Positions 53,615-64,000 of a DNA stretch of 64,000 bases are shown here, piece after piece. The stretch is from Azolla caroliniana (Eukaryota; Plantae; Polypodiophyta). Where the stretch lies: contig JBHGNT010000010.1 of the NCBI GenBank assembly GCA_043228905.1, positions 21,514,001 to 21,578,000 on the forward strand, written 5' to 3'. Position 1 is the first letter of the stretch. Each line of letters opens with the position of its first letter. The notes under the pieces were generated by a model. The model was not told where the DNA came from. It ran no database searches and was given only the letters and a program-made list of their open reading frames with translations. A program made the translations under genes and the position numbers.

Positions 53615-56600
53615 TGGAGATAGGGAATATTCTTCATAATACATGCTTCTTTATCATTTGGAGGAGAGTCTAGAGATGATAATTTACATGGTATTGTGAG
53701 TGGTGTGGACATTGGGAAAGAAATTTCCATGCCAAATTTATCCAAGATGTTGTCCACATGCTTTGATTGGGATAATGAGTACTATCCCTAGGCTTTGATT
53801 CCTCTATACATGTATTGCCAAAAAAATTCCCAATGGTTCAAGATGTTTAACTAAGAAGTGATGTTGTGGCTCATTGGTCACTCTAGTATCTCTTTCTCAA
53901 AAGTTCTTGCTGTGGGAAAGTCAAACCACATACACTCACTCCTATGACGATGAATTTTATTTTTGTCTTTCTCACACAAGATGACATTTAGCAAGAACTT
54001 ATGTAGCTTGGAATACCATTGTGTTGGAGATTTTTGTAAGCCATACAATAGCTTCATTAACTTGCATACATATATAGGGTATTTTCCATCATTTTGGGTT
54101 GTTCCATGTAGATAGTCTCCTCTAAATCTCCATGAAGAAATGTCGTTTCAATGTCTACATGGTGCACTTACAACTTGCAATAAGTTGATATTGCAAGAAG
54201 TATACAAAGGACACGATCCTCAATGTAGGTGAGAAAGTCTCATGATAGTTATGGGCCACTAATTGAGCTTTGAATCTAATTGGAGTCACGTGAAGGTCAT
54301 ACTTCTCGGTAAACAACCATTTGCAACTAACAATGTTCGAGTCAAATAGTCAAGGGACAAGAGTTCACATTTTTTTTTTATAAGATTAGTAACCTTTGTC
54401 TACATAGCATCTATTTGCGATTATTTTTCTTTGCTCCAAAGGGCTTGCTTGAGATCGATGATCTTGCAATATCCCCTCTTTTTGTTTTTTTGAAAGATAC
54501 ACCTTGTATTATAAGATCACAAGAAAGAGGTACAAGAATTGTGTTGCAATACCCCCTCCATCTTCTATGTGTACGACAAATGTCGATATTATGTTGAATT
54601 CAACTTCAACGACAAAATGTTTTGAGAGTTATGTGGTGATATCATAGGTGTCATTTCTAGTTTTTTTTCTTGTCCCTTTCTTGATTTGATCTTGACTCAT
54701 CATCTTGCTCCTAAGTTATGCTCCATAGAGGTATGTGTGCAATATTCATCATCATCTTCTAATTGAAGGTCACATATGATGGTCGGTTTGCGAGATAGAC
54801 CATCCATTGTTGCATAAACACGTGTGTGTGTTACTTGAGTGGGGCCGCGGTAGCCTTGAACAAGGGAGAACATAATGCCATGAGATAAGACTTACAACCC
54901 CTTTGCAGGTCTTCTCGTGTAAATTTCCCTTCCTTTTCTAAGCATCATGACTCACCCTCTCTCTCTCACACACACATGCACCATTATAGGGTTCAAAAGG
55001 TTACCACAATATTAGGGATAATTACACTCAAACTAATAATATATGAAACCCATATCAAGTCCAAAACACAAGTTTTTACTAGAAAATCCCTTTTTTCCAA
55101 AAGAGGGTTTACAACGCAAATATAAAATAATCACAATAATGATTATGAAGAGCTTTTACTATGGTAATGAGAATGGATTGTTTAAGTTAACAATGATAAT
55201 CCAAGCTACGTGGTATTGTTGAGGAGTCGCCTATGATCAATGGCAATGCCACCCTTTTGTTGATGTAGTGTCCTTGTGCCACTTTGAGCTTCTTTCCTCG
55301 ATCAGTAGCCAAACTTCCGTTTCTTCCCTCAAAAACCCTAACATGCTACAAAGACGGTGAAGAAAAACCGAAAACAACAAGAGAAGAAAGAAGATGAACT
55401 TAAGAGAAGTGGTGGAAATCCTAAAACTCCAAAATACTATTGTTACTCCAAATAATAATAATAAGAAGAAGACAAAACCCTAGAATCACGAAATAGAGAA
55501 CCCCTTGAGCTCCCAAAACCTTCAAATGGCCAAAATGTTGAACACATAAATGAGCCTTGCTCTCCTCTTTTTATAGTGAGAGAGGTTCCACCAACTACAT
55601 TTAATGTTCACCTACTCTACTCTTTTTCCATATGTAAAACGATGGTTCCTTTATGCGCCAACTAGGAATTGAATTCTACACCCCCTCTTTATTCATATTC
55701 ACATTTATGTGGTGGTTCTTCTTATCATTTTTCTCTATTTGTACCTTCTGACCCACTACATCACAACACCACTTTGTTGGTTGTATCAGGTATCCCTTGT
55801 TTATTCTATCCGGTTGTGTTCGTATGTTATTTGCATCAGTTGTGTTGAGCTTGCACCATGTTGCATGCTATTTCCTCGCTTATCTTAACAACCACAACAA
55901 TCGAAGGTGGTGTAGAGGACTTGGTTGTTGCTTCCTCGTGGTTGTTGAGTTGGGTTCACCCCCTTCTTCAACATGTTCCATGTTTGTCTTGACAACCACA
56001 TTAGTGGGGATGCTCAAATTTGGAAGTGCAAGAAACCTTGTTGTGGCTTCTGGTATTGAGCCTCCATGATGAATTTGTTGAAGGGTTATGTTGTATCCTT
56101 AATTTTGCTACTGGTGTCCACACTAGCCATACACATTTCTTGGCCATATTTGTTCATGGTGACAAATTTTCTTCATTGTGTTCTCAATGGTTTATGTTGG
56201 TTGTTTGATGGTGGATTTTTTTGGATTCAATGCCATCATGTTGCTTGGAGTCGGCTGTGCAACAAACTTGGTTGTGTGTCTATTGTGTGGTTAATTAGTA
56301 GGTTCTAGGTCTTCATGAGATGTAGTTTGCAATTCCTCTTGTTGAGTTGTCTTATTCGACTATGGTTCCATGAGAGAAATAGAGAGAGTCCAAATGGATG
56401 TAGCTCAGTTGGTAAGGTTGCCCAATGGAGAAGCTACATTCCAGACTGGCATTATCTTTAGTGAATTAAAAGAGATATGTATGAAGTCTCTAACAGAGAG
56501 GTGAGACAATGTGGTTTCGAACCCAAGTACATAGTGCTTGTAGTGTAACAACTTACCATTAAGGTAAGGTACTTACGATAAAGAGAGAAAGAGAGAAACA

Positions 56601-57575
56601 ATGAGAGGAAATATGTATTAGGATAAAGAGATGAAAGAACGAGAGGAAAACAAAAAGGAGGTGAAAGAGGCAGGCATAAGGAAGTAGGGTTTGGTGGACT
56701 TGGCTAAAACCCCAGCCGTGGTTTCAAATGATGACATGGGAGTACACCTATACACCCGAATAGGTTTTGCCATTTCATGTACTACTATTGTGTGAGCTTT
56801 GCCTCCTTTATAGTATCGTGGTATTCTCTGAGATTTGGGTCTTCCTTAGGGAGGGTTGTAATATCTTGATTTGTATACTCTTGATTCATAGTGGAAATTG
56901 TTTTGCTCCGTGGTTTTCCCTGGTTTTAGGGTTTCCACGTAAATCGTGTGTATCCTTATTTGTGTTTGTGTCTCAGATTAATTTTCTGTATATCCCTGAT
57001 TATAAACATAACAAACGGGTATCAGAGGAAAGGTTTCTTTAGATGGAAGGAAGTGTGACTGGTTTTTCAGGAATGATAGTCCTAAACTCTCACAACTATT
57101 CTGATTGGAAGATCAAGATGGAGGATCTTTTGATAGTTAGAGATCTATATGAGCTGATTGATAGGAAAGAAATACCAATTGGGGTCTTAGAGTCTGAATG
57201 GAAAATCCTAAATAGAAAGGTGGTGGCAACCATTAGACGGTATGTAGATGTGAGCTCCTTCAGCATGTGTCAAATGATACAAATGCCTACGACATGTGGC
57301 ATAAGCTCTCTGGTCTGTATGAAAGGAAAAATACTCTCAACAAAGCTTCCCTGTTGAGAAAGTTGGGGAGGCTAAAGTACATAGATGGTGATAGCATTGT
57401 GGTGCACATCAATACTTTCATGGGGTTAGTAAACCAACTAGCATCAATGAAGTTTCCATTAGATGATGCGTTACTACTTTGTACCCTACCAGACAATTGG
57501 GAGAACCTAGCAGTGTCACTTAGTGCTTCTTGTCAAGAAGAGAACTTGTCTTTACAAGTAGTAAAGACAAGATTG

Positions 57576-60500
57576 AGTGATAGAAGAAAGATATAAAGAG
57601 ATCACAATAAGAGAGGAATGAAATGATAAGAGAAGAATGAATGTATTAGATAGAATGAGAATGGATACAAGATAGGTGGTGAGAGCTTAAGACTGGTGTT
57701 GATTCGAATTTGTTCGAGAAGAATTGTATGTCTATATTTATAGGTTCCTATAGAATAGCCTAGAGATTTCTATAATGTTCTAGAATGTTCTAGACCTAGA
57801 ATATTCTAAGATGTTCTAGGATATTCTAGAATGTTCCAAAGTATTTACAATAATTAGTGTATTACATGAAGTAGCTTTTATCATTTTATATGATCATAGG
57901 CTATCTTAATGGTTAACTTCTTGATTATGTATTACAAGGTTTTGGGTTCAAGCCCAGGCGAAGCCATGATGTTTATGCATTCATCACACTATCCCCCCAT
58001 TGAGAATGACGAGAGGAAGGCGTCGTTAACAATGTAGGGCCCGGTTTGCTTGGATAGCGGCGATGGAAGTCGTCAACAAGAGCTTGAGCATTAGAAACAT
58101 TATTGACGGGTTCCCAAGTGTGATCACTTAGTGGATAGCCTAGCCAAGCAACAAGATAATAGAGCTTATTCCGCACAATCTTCGAATTGAGAATAATGGC
58201 TACCTCGTATTTGGGGCTGTCGACAAGTTGGACAGAGGGCGGAGGTGGCATGCCATGATTAGGAATGGAAGAGGTGCGACAAGGTTCCAAAAGAGAGCTA
58301 TGAAAGACTGGGTGAAGCCGCATGTGTGCTCGAAGATTAAGACAGAAGGTTGCATCATTAATCTGTGCAGTGATGAGAAAAGGACCTAAGTGTTGATAAT
58401 CGAGCTTCTCACATGGCCGGGTAGTCTTGATGTGACGATGAAGCAAGCATACTTGGTCACCAACCTTAAAAGGAGACTTAAGACGATGAAGATTTGTGTT
58501 GGTCTTATGTTGTGCTTGAGTTGTTTGAAGATGTGAAGATAGTGCTAACTGGATTCAGTGTAGTCGATGACGGTGATGCTCAGCACTAGGGTTTCGTGCG
58601 ACCTTGGGAAGATCCAAGATACACCATCGAGGATGGTTGCCGGTGTAGGCAAAGAAATGTGTAACCTTTGGTAGAAGAGTGTATTGTGTTATTGTATGCA
58701 AACTCAACAAGATTTAAAATATTACTCCAATCATCTTGTTGATAACTGATGAAGCATTGAAGATACTGCTCGAGTGTTTGATTCGTGCGCTCGGTTTGTG
58801 GATGATAAGCTGAAGAGAGTTTACAGTAGATTTTGAGGCTTGCCCATAGATGCTTCCAAAAGTGAGAGATAAATTGAGGACCACGATTGGTAATTATATC
58901 ATCTAGAAGACCATGATGACGAAACACTTCACACATAATGATATCTGTGGTTTCCTGACTATTGATGCTCTTTACACATGGTAAAAAATGTGCCATCTTG
59001 GTAAATCGATCCAGTATTGTTAAAATAGTATCAAAGCCTTTTGAAGGTGGCAGATCCGTAACGAAATCCATAGAAATAGACTGCCATGGTTTGGTTGGAG
59101 GCGGTAATGGTTGTAACAAGCCATAAGGATGATGCATGGGTATTTTGGCTTGACAACATGTGTCACATGTACGAACGTAATCGTCGACAAAGTTTTGCAA
59201 ATGAGGCCACCAAAACCAGTGCTTCACCAACTCCATGGTCTTGGCAATACCAAAATGTCCAGCCATAGGCGCATCATGACAATGCTCTAAAACTTGAAGG
59301 CGGGGTGATCCATCAGGGACATAAAGGAGATTCTTGTAAAAAAGTAAGCCATCTTGCCACTTGAAGTCTTGATAGTCTTGAGATGACCCTTGCAATGTGG
59401 AGCAAGATGCATGGCTTGAACTAATGTGGACCAAGTCATCCTTAACGAAATCATCAGAGTGAAGTTGTTGCCGAATAATATCAACAAGGTGTGAATCAAG
59501 TGGCGTGGCATAAACTGTTGTTGCTTTTACCTTTGACGGTCCTAGGAAAATTTGCTTTTGATTGTCGAAGGCCGGATCTCTAGGTCGACGTGCAAGATAT
59601 GAACGTTTCATATCTTGCTACAAGCAACTGTTGTTGCTTGTAGCTTTGATGATCCTAGGAGAATTTGCTTTTGATTGTCGAAGGCCGGATCTCCAGGTCG
59701 AGGTGCAAGATAGAGCATCTGCCTTCTCTTGTTGTTTCTCGGGGCGGAAAAGGATCTTGAAATCAAAATGAGTTAGAATTTGTGCCCATCGAGCTTGTCT
59801 CCTATTTAACACTCGAGTCGTTTGAAAATATGTAATATTTTTGTGATCACTATAAATGATGATTTGATGAGGCGATCCTTCCAAGAAATGTCGCCATTGC
59901 TCGAACGAGTCGACCATAGCTAGTAACTCCTTGTCATGCACCTCGTAGTTTATCTCCACATCAGTTACAAATTTTCTTGTGTGAAACGCAACCGGATAGG
60001 ACTGCCCGTCCTTGCCTAGCTGTGATAGGATACCTCCCAATGCAAAGTCTGACGCATCCGCCTGAATGGTAAATGGCTTTTCGGGATCAATATCTGCTCA
60101 GATAGGAGCTCATGTGAATGCCTCTTTGAGCTGAGTAAAGGTTGTGTCCACTTCAATAGTCCAAACAAACGCTTGATTTTTCTTGGTGAGTTGGGTGAGA
60201 GGCAATACGATCTTTGAATAATTCCATATGAATTTGCGATAGAAGTTAGCAAATCGGAGGAAAATTGGACGTCTCGAACAAAACGTGGGGGTTGTCATTC
60301 CAATATTGTTTTGACTTTTGCTGGATCCATGAAGATACCCTTGGATGAAATAGTATAACCCAAGAATTCGACTTGTTCGCTGTCAAAACTGCAGTTCTCA
60401 AGTTTAGCATATAGACCATACTTTCTTAAGCGTTCAAGTACTTTCCGGACATGTATATCATGCTCCTCCTATGTTTTAGAGTAAATCAATAGATCATCTA

Positions 60501-60922
60501 AATAGATGATGAGAAAGATAGCCGGAAAATGTCATTTGCCGTATGTTGGAAAACTGCAGGTGCATTTGTGAGCCCAAGAGGCATGACTGTATACTCGAAA
60601 TGACCATACCGAGTGTGAAATGCAGTTTTCTACTCATTTCTCGGTCGAATGCGAACAAGATTATATGCACCCCTTAAATCAATCTTTGTAAAATGCTTTG
60701 CCCCACCAATGCGCTCTAAAAGACTGGAGATTAAAGGTAGAGCATACCTATTTCTTATGGTGACTTTATTTAATCCCCAATAGTCCACGACCAAATGAAG
60801 TGAACCGTCCTTTTTCTTCGCAAAAAATATAGGAGCACTGGTTGGAGACTTTGAATGTCGAATAAACCCATGTGTAAGATTCTCCTCGATGTATCCTTGA
60901 AGAACCTCAAGCTCAGTTGTTT
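57576..60922 (-). mobile_element. 5'-truncated Ty3/Gypsy chromovirus (Tcn1-like) with 3' LTR ~57576-57988
   Basis: PPT rc CTATCCCCCCAT at 57989-58000; chromodomain YEVAIILNSKIVRNKLYYLVAWLGYP..TWEP; GPF motif; integrase HDAPMAGHFG..SISMDFVTDLP; RNase H INYEVHDKELLAMV; RT remnants to ~60920. Confidence 0.9.
57778..57836. promoter_or_regulatory. Heat-shock element array in chromovirus LTR U3, with TATA (rc CTATAAATA) at 57735-57743
   Basis: Two perfect TTCnnGAAnnTTC units (57778-57790, 57824-57836) plus degenerate units. Confidence 0.65.
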
Positions 60923-61077
60923 ATGTATTAATGACAAAAGTAAGAGTGTCTTGCCTCAATTGGAAGCGAATGTGGCACAAAACCTATGTAGAGGAAGAAG
61001 TAAACAAAAGAGTTCTCAAAATAGAGAGAAGTCTCATGCCAGGTCAAAGTCCTCAAAATATAGAGGAACACTCACGT

Positions 61078-61746
61078 TGTCGCGTTGTTACATGCGTGCG
61101 TGGAGAAAGGCGGGACCACGGGGGTCTTGGACTAGGGAGTGACGGAGCGTAGGAAGTCGTGCTTCACCGTTTCCGGGGCATCCCAAAAGCACACCGGAAG
61201 CAACCGAAGGGAGAGAGAGAAAGAGAGGGAGTGCGCGCTTGACACTGACTCACGCACACACACACACACACACATACACACAGGCCGACCCGACTCACGC
61301 CCTTATGTACAGGAAACATAGGAAATGGGCAAACACCCGACACCAACAGAGACACCAATATACACAGATAGATGCAAATGTATATATATAAAAGTAGGAA
61401 TACAGACGAGCTGAAGCCAACCCTAAGCGAACACGAAGGGGGAGAAGAAGAAGAAGAAGAAGAATAACTAACCCTAAATCTAACGGTATACCCTCTAACG
61501 AAAAATGGGCAACCCTTTCACAAAGGGCGCTCCCTTCCTTTTATAGAACAAGGAGAGGGATGCGTTACAATGTGGGATAAATCCCGACTTACATGGGATC
61601 GTCTGTCCTGACTTGACCACTCTTTGGTGCCATAAAGGCGCCCCCGTTATTCACACTAAATGTACAAGGGTGAGCACACAAGCTGCACCCCGCCGATGTA
61701 GCCAATGTTTCCCGGTTTCCGCCTCTGGCCGAAATTCTTCACGACA
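61078..61746 (-). mobile_element. Solo LTR (669 bp) inserted in the decayed Copia gag
   Basis: Termini TGTCG..CGACA; 4-bp TSD ACGT; removal restores CTC ACG TGT TTC TAT TGT (LTCFYC); TATA-like rc CTATAAAA near 61540. Confidence 0.85.
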
Positions 61747-62570
61747 ACGTGTTTCTATTGTGGGAAAGAATTGTCGACACCTTAAGAAGGACAAAGCCAT
61801 TACTGATGATGTTGAACCCAGAAAAATTTCTGATGAGAAAATCACCTCAGCCATTGCAACCAGTGAGGAAGAACTGTTATTCATTTGTGAACACGCTAGT
61901 GTTAGTCTTGCAAACGATGAGTGTTCTTGGGTAGTTGATTCTGGTGCATCTTTTCATTTAACTCCGAAAAGGAAATGTTTCTCATCCTACACAACCGCTG
62001 ACTAGGGCTATGTAAAGATTAGAAAACACGTTCGCGTTCACAAGTGGAAGGATCGCGCAAAAATAGAAGGATAAGGAATATTCCGTCTGATTTTGGGGCT
62101 TTTTTGGCCATTTCACAAAACACCTTGATACCAATATCACATGTTCTCTAAAACTTGATGAAAAAGTTAAAATTTTCACCATTTGGTAAATTTGAAAAAT
62201 ACGAAAATTTGGCCAAATACGAAAAGTAACTTTGTGTTTTTTTAAGGAGAAATTACAACTAATTGTATTTTAGATCCTAATGATATCATAAGTGAAAGAT
62301 TTCAAAACAATCAACTTTTTTATTTCGTTTGATAAAATGTTGTCTAAATTTGTTACATATCGTTGCGCAAAAATACATTTAGGCGTTATTTGCATCACTA
62401 TCATCATTCCTTTCATGAGAATCACTACTATAGCTAATATACAATTGTGACTCTTCCTCCTCATTTTCAAATATACCAATCCAATCATTGTCTTCACCAA
62501 ATGGTGTCTCCAAATTGTGTGCACTAAAGCTTGTTTGCCTTCAATCTGAGATATCTTCTAGACTTGGTAA

Positions 62571-64000
62571 TGTCAGGAATAGTACTAAACAGAGAGAGGA
62601 TTAGTACTAAACAGAGAGAGAATTAGTACTAGAGAAGGGAAGTACTATTAGTACTAAGAGGATGGGACTGCATAAGACTCCCGAGAGAGGAAGAGAGAAG
62701 AGTAGAGAGAGAGATAGCGAGGACGAGAGAGAGAGAGATGATGATAACAGATTATATATTATAAGAAGAGTAAGTACACAAGGGCTATGAGGCTAAAGAC
62801 TAGCGTTGAACCAATTTGGTTCAACATAATGAACCTAATGCCCTCTTTTATAGTGTTCTCAGGAGTAATCCTGAAGCTTCTAGAATGTTCCAGAGAAATC
62901 TGGAATATACATTAATTTCCTATAATAAAATGTAAACGAAAATAATATCTTATGTATTACAATAGATGATATAATGGTCAAGAGCTCGACCCATATAACC
63001 TAAGGTCATGGGTTCGAGTCTTGCCATATCATGACACTATCCCCCCTTTAAAACGACGAGTGTCACGAGTCGTTTTGGATGAAGGACTCGGTTTGTGTGG
63101 ATATTGACGATGGAAGTCTTCAAGAAGCGCACAAGCATTAGTCACATTCTCAATCGGTTCCCAAGTACGGCATTGGTCACATTCTCAATCGGTTCCCAAG
63201 TACGTTCGCTGGGACTATAGCCTAGCCAATCGACTAGATAGTAGAGCTTGTTGCGAACAATCTTGGAATCAAGGATGGCGGCAACCTCGTACTCTGGTCC
63301 ATCTTCAAGCTCGATCGGGGGTGGAGGTTGTATAATACGTCCTGGGATGGTGCTCTCGTGATAGGGTTCGAGGAGAGAACTATGAAACACCGGATGTATC
63401 CGAAGTTGAGGAAGTAGATCGAGACAAAAAGTGACATCATTAATCTTTCCGATAATACGGAAAGGACCTAAGCGCTGATAATCCAATTTCTCACATGGGC
63501 GAGTAGTCTTGATGTGTCGTCGTAGCAGCCACACCCGATCTCCAATGTTAAAACTAGATGGAAGTCGATGATGATCCGCGTAGACCTTGTGTTTTTGTTG
63601 AGCTTGTTGGAGACGAGTAGATAAATCCGCTTGTATCTTACATAACGGCTCCAAATGATCCTCCGCGCAAGGATTTGTGGACACCTCTGGGGTTTGAAGT
63701 ACACTCCATCGAGGGTGACATCCCGTATAAGCATAAAATGGCGTAACTTTAGTCAATGTGTGGATAGAGTTATTATAGGCAAATTCGGCGAAGTGGAGAA
63801 TATCTGCCCAGTTATCCTGATGATAGTTGAGAAAGCACTGCAGATATTGCTCCAACGTTTGATTTGTTCGTTCAGCTTGGCCGTTGGTTTGTGGGTGGTA
63901 GCCGGAGGAGAGGTTACAAGTGACCTTGAGCATTTTAAAAAGGTGCTTCCAGAATTTTGACACGAACTGGGGTCCACGGTCGCTGACGATACTATCGAGA
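62571..64000 (-). mobile_element. Second Tcn1-like Gypsy chromovirus, running off the window; 3' LTR 62571-63036
   Basis: TGTCA..TGACA LTR termini; PPT rc at 63037-63049; integrase SGYHPQTNGQAERTNQ, GPF and chromodomain (ORF 63142-63963). A 35-bp tandem duplication at 63135-63204 frameshifts the chromodomain end. Confidence 0.92.
62873..62890. promoter_or_regulatory. Perfect four-unit heat-shock element, with TATA (rc CTATAAAAG) at 62845-62853
   Basis: GAAgcTTCtaGAAtgTTC. Confidence 0.7.

Larger units (their letters stand above)
47680..54700 (-). mobile_element. Old, heavily decayed Copia pol (RT/RNase H) that is the host of the young Copia insertion
   Basis: RNase H-like KKQAIVALSSIEAKYIA at ~47950-48000. 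Joining across the TSD restores MKNIPYLQVLGSL; RT remnants continue to ~54400. Boundaries approximate. Confidence 0.7.
56500..62030 (+). mobile_element. Decayed Copia related to the intact element, fragmented by nested insertions (5' LTR to 57013, PBS 57017-57027, gag 57043-57572, resuming ~60925-61077 and 61747-62030)
   Basis: MIVLNSHNYSDWKIKMEDLLIVRDLYE.. is highly similar to the young gag; LTCFYCGK and WVVDSGASFHLTP; U5 motifs CCGTGGTTTTCCC..GGGTTTCCACGT are shared with the young LTR. LTR start uncertain. Confidence 0.85.

Noticed and set aside
54760-56370. Probable further LTR and internal remnants (PPT-like CCCCCTC after ..CTACA at 55680)
   Set aside because: No partner LTR, TSD or coding motif could be fixed, so it is left unannotated.

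Overview
AT-rich, microsatellite-rich nuclear DNA from a land plant. A non-seed plant such as a fern is inferred from Tcn1-like chromoviruses and repeat style, not proven. The first 47.5 kb hold seven protein genes whose exons I reconstructed by hand: eIF2B-beta (+), RPN11 (+), a B-type cyclin (-), SEP2 (+), a SAM-dependent methyltransferase (+), NUB1 (+), and a two-S1-domain plastid protein resembling only the PSRP-7 half of the PETs polyprotein (-). An old Copia element, itself carrying a hAT-like MITE, sits in an eIF2B-beta intron with its end 15 bp from the acceptor AG. The last 16.5 kb is a nested retrotransposon block: an intact, very young, CCGG-rich Tork/Tnt1-like Copia inside an older Copia, a decayed relative of it interrupted by a chromovirus and a solo LTR, and a second chromovirus. 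Most notable: chromovirus LTRs whose U3 regions carry an antisense tRNA-like module, heat-shock elements and a TATA box; uORFs and a hairpin in the eIF2B-beta leader; and the stand-alone PSRP-7-like gene.
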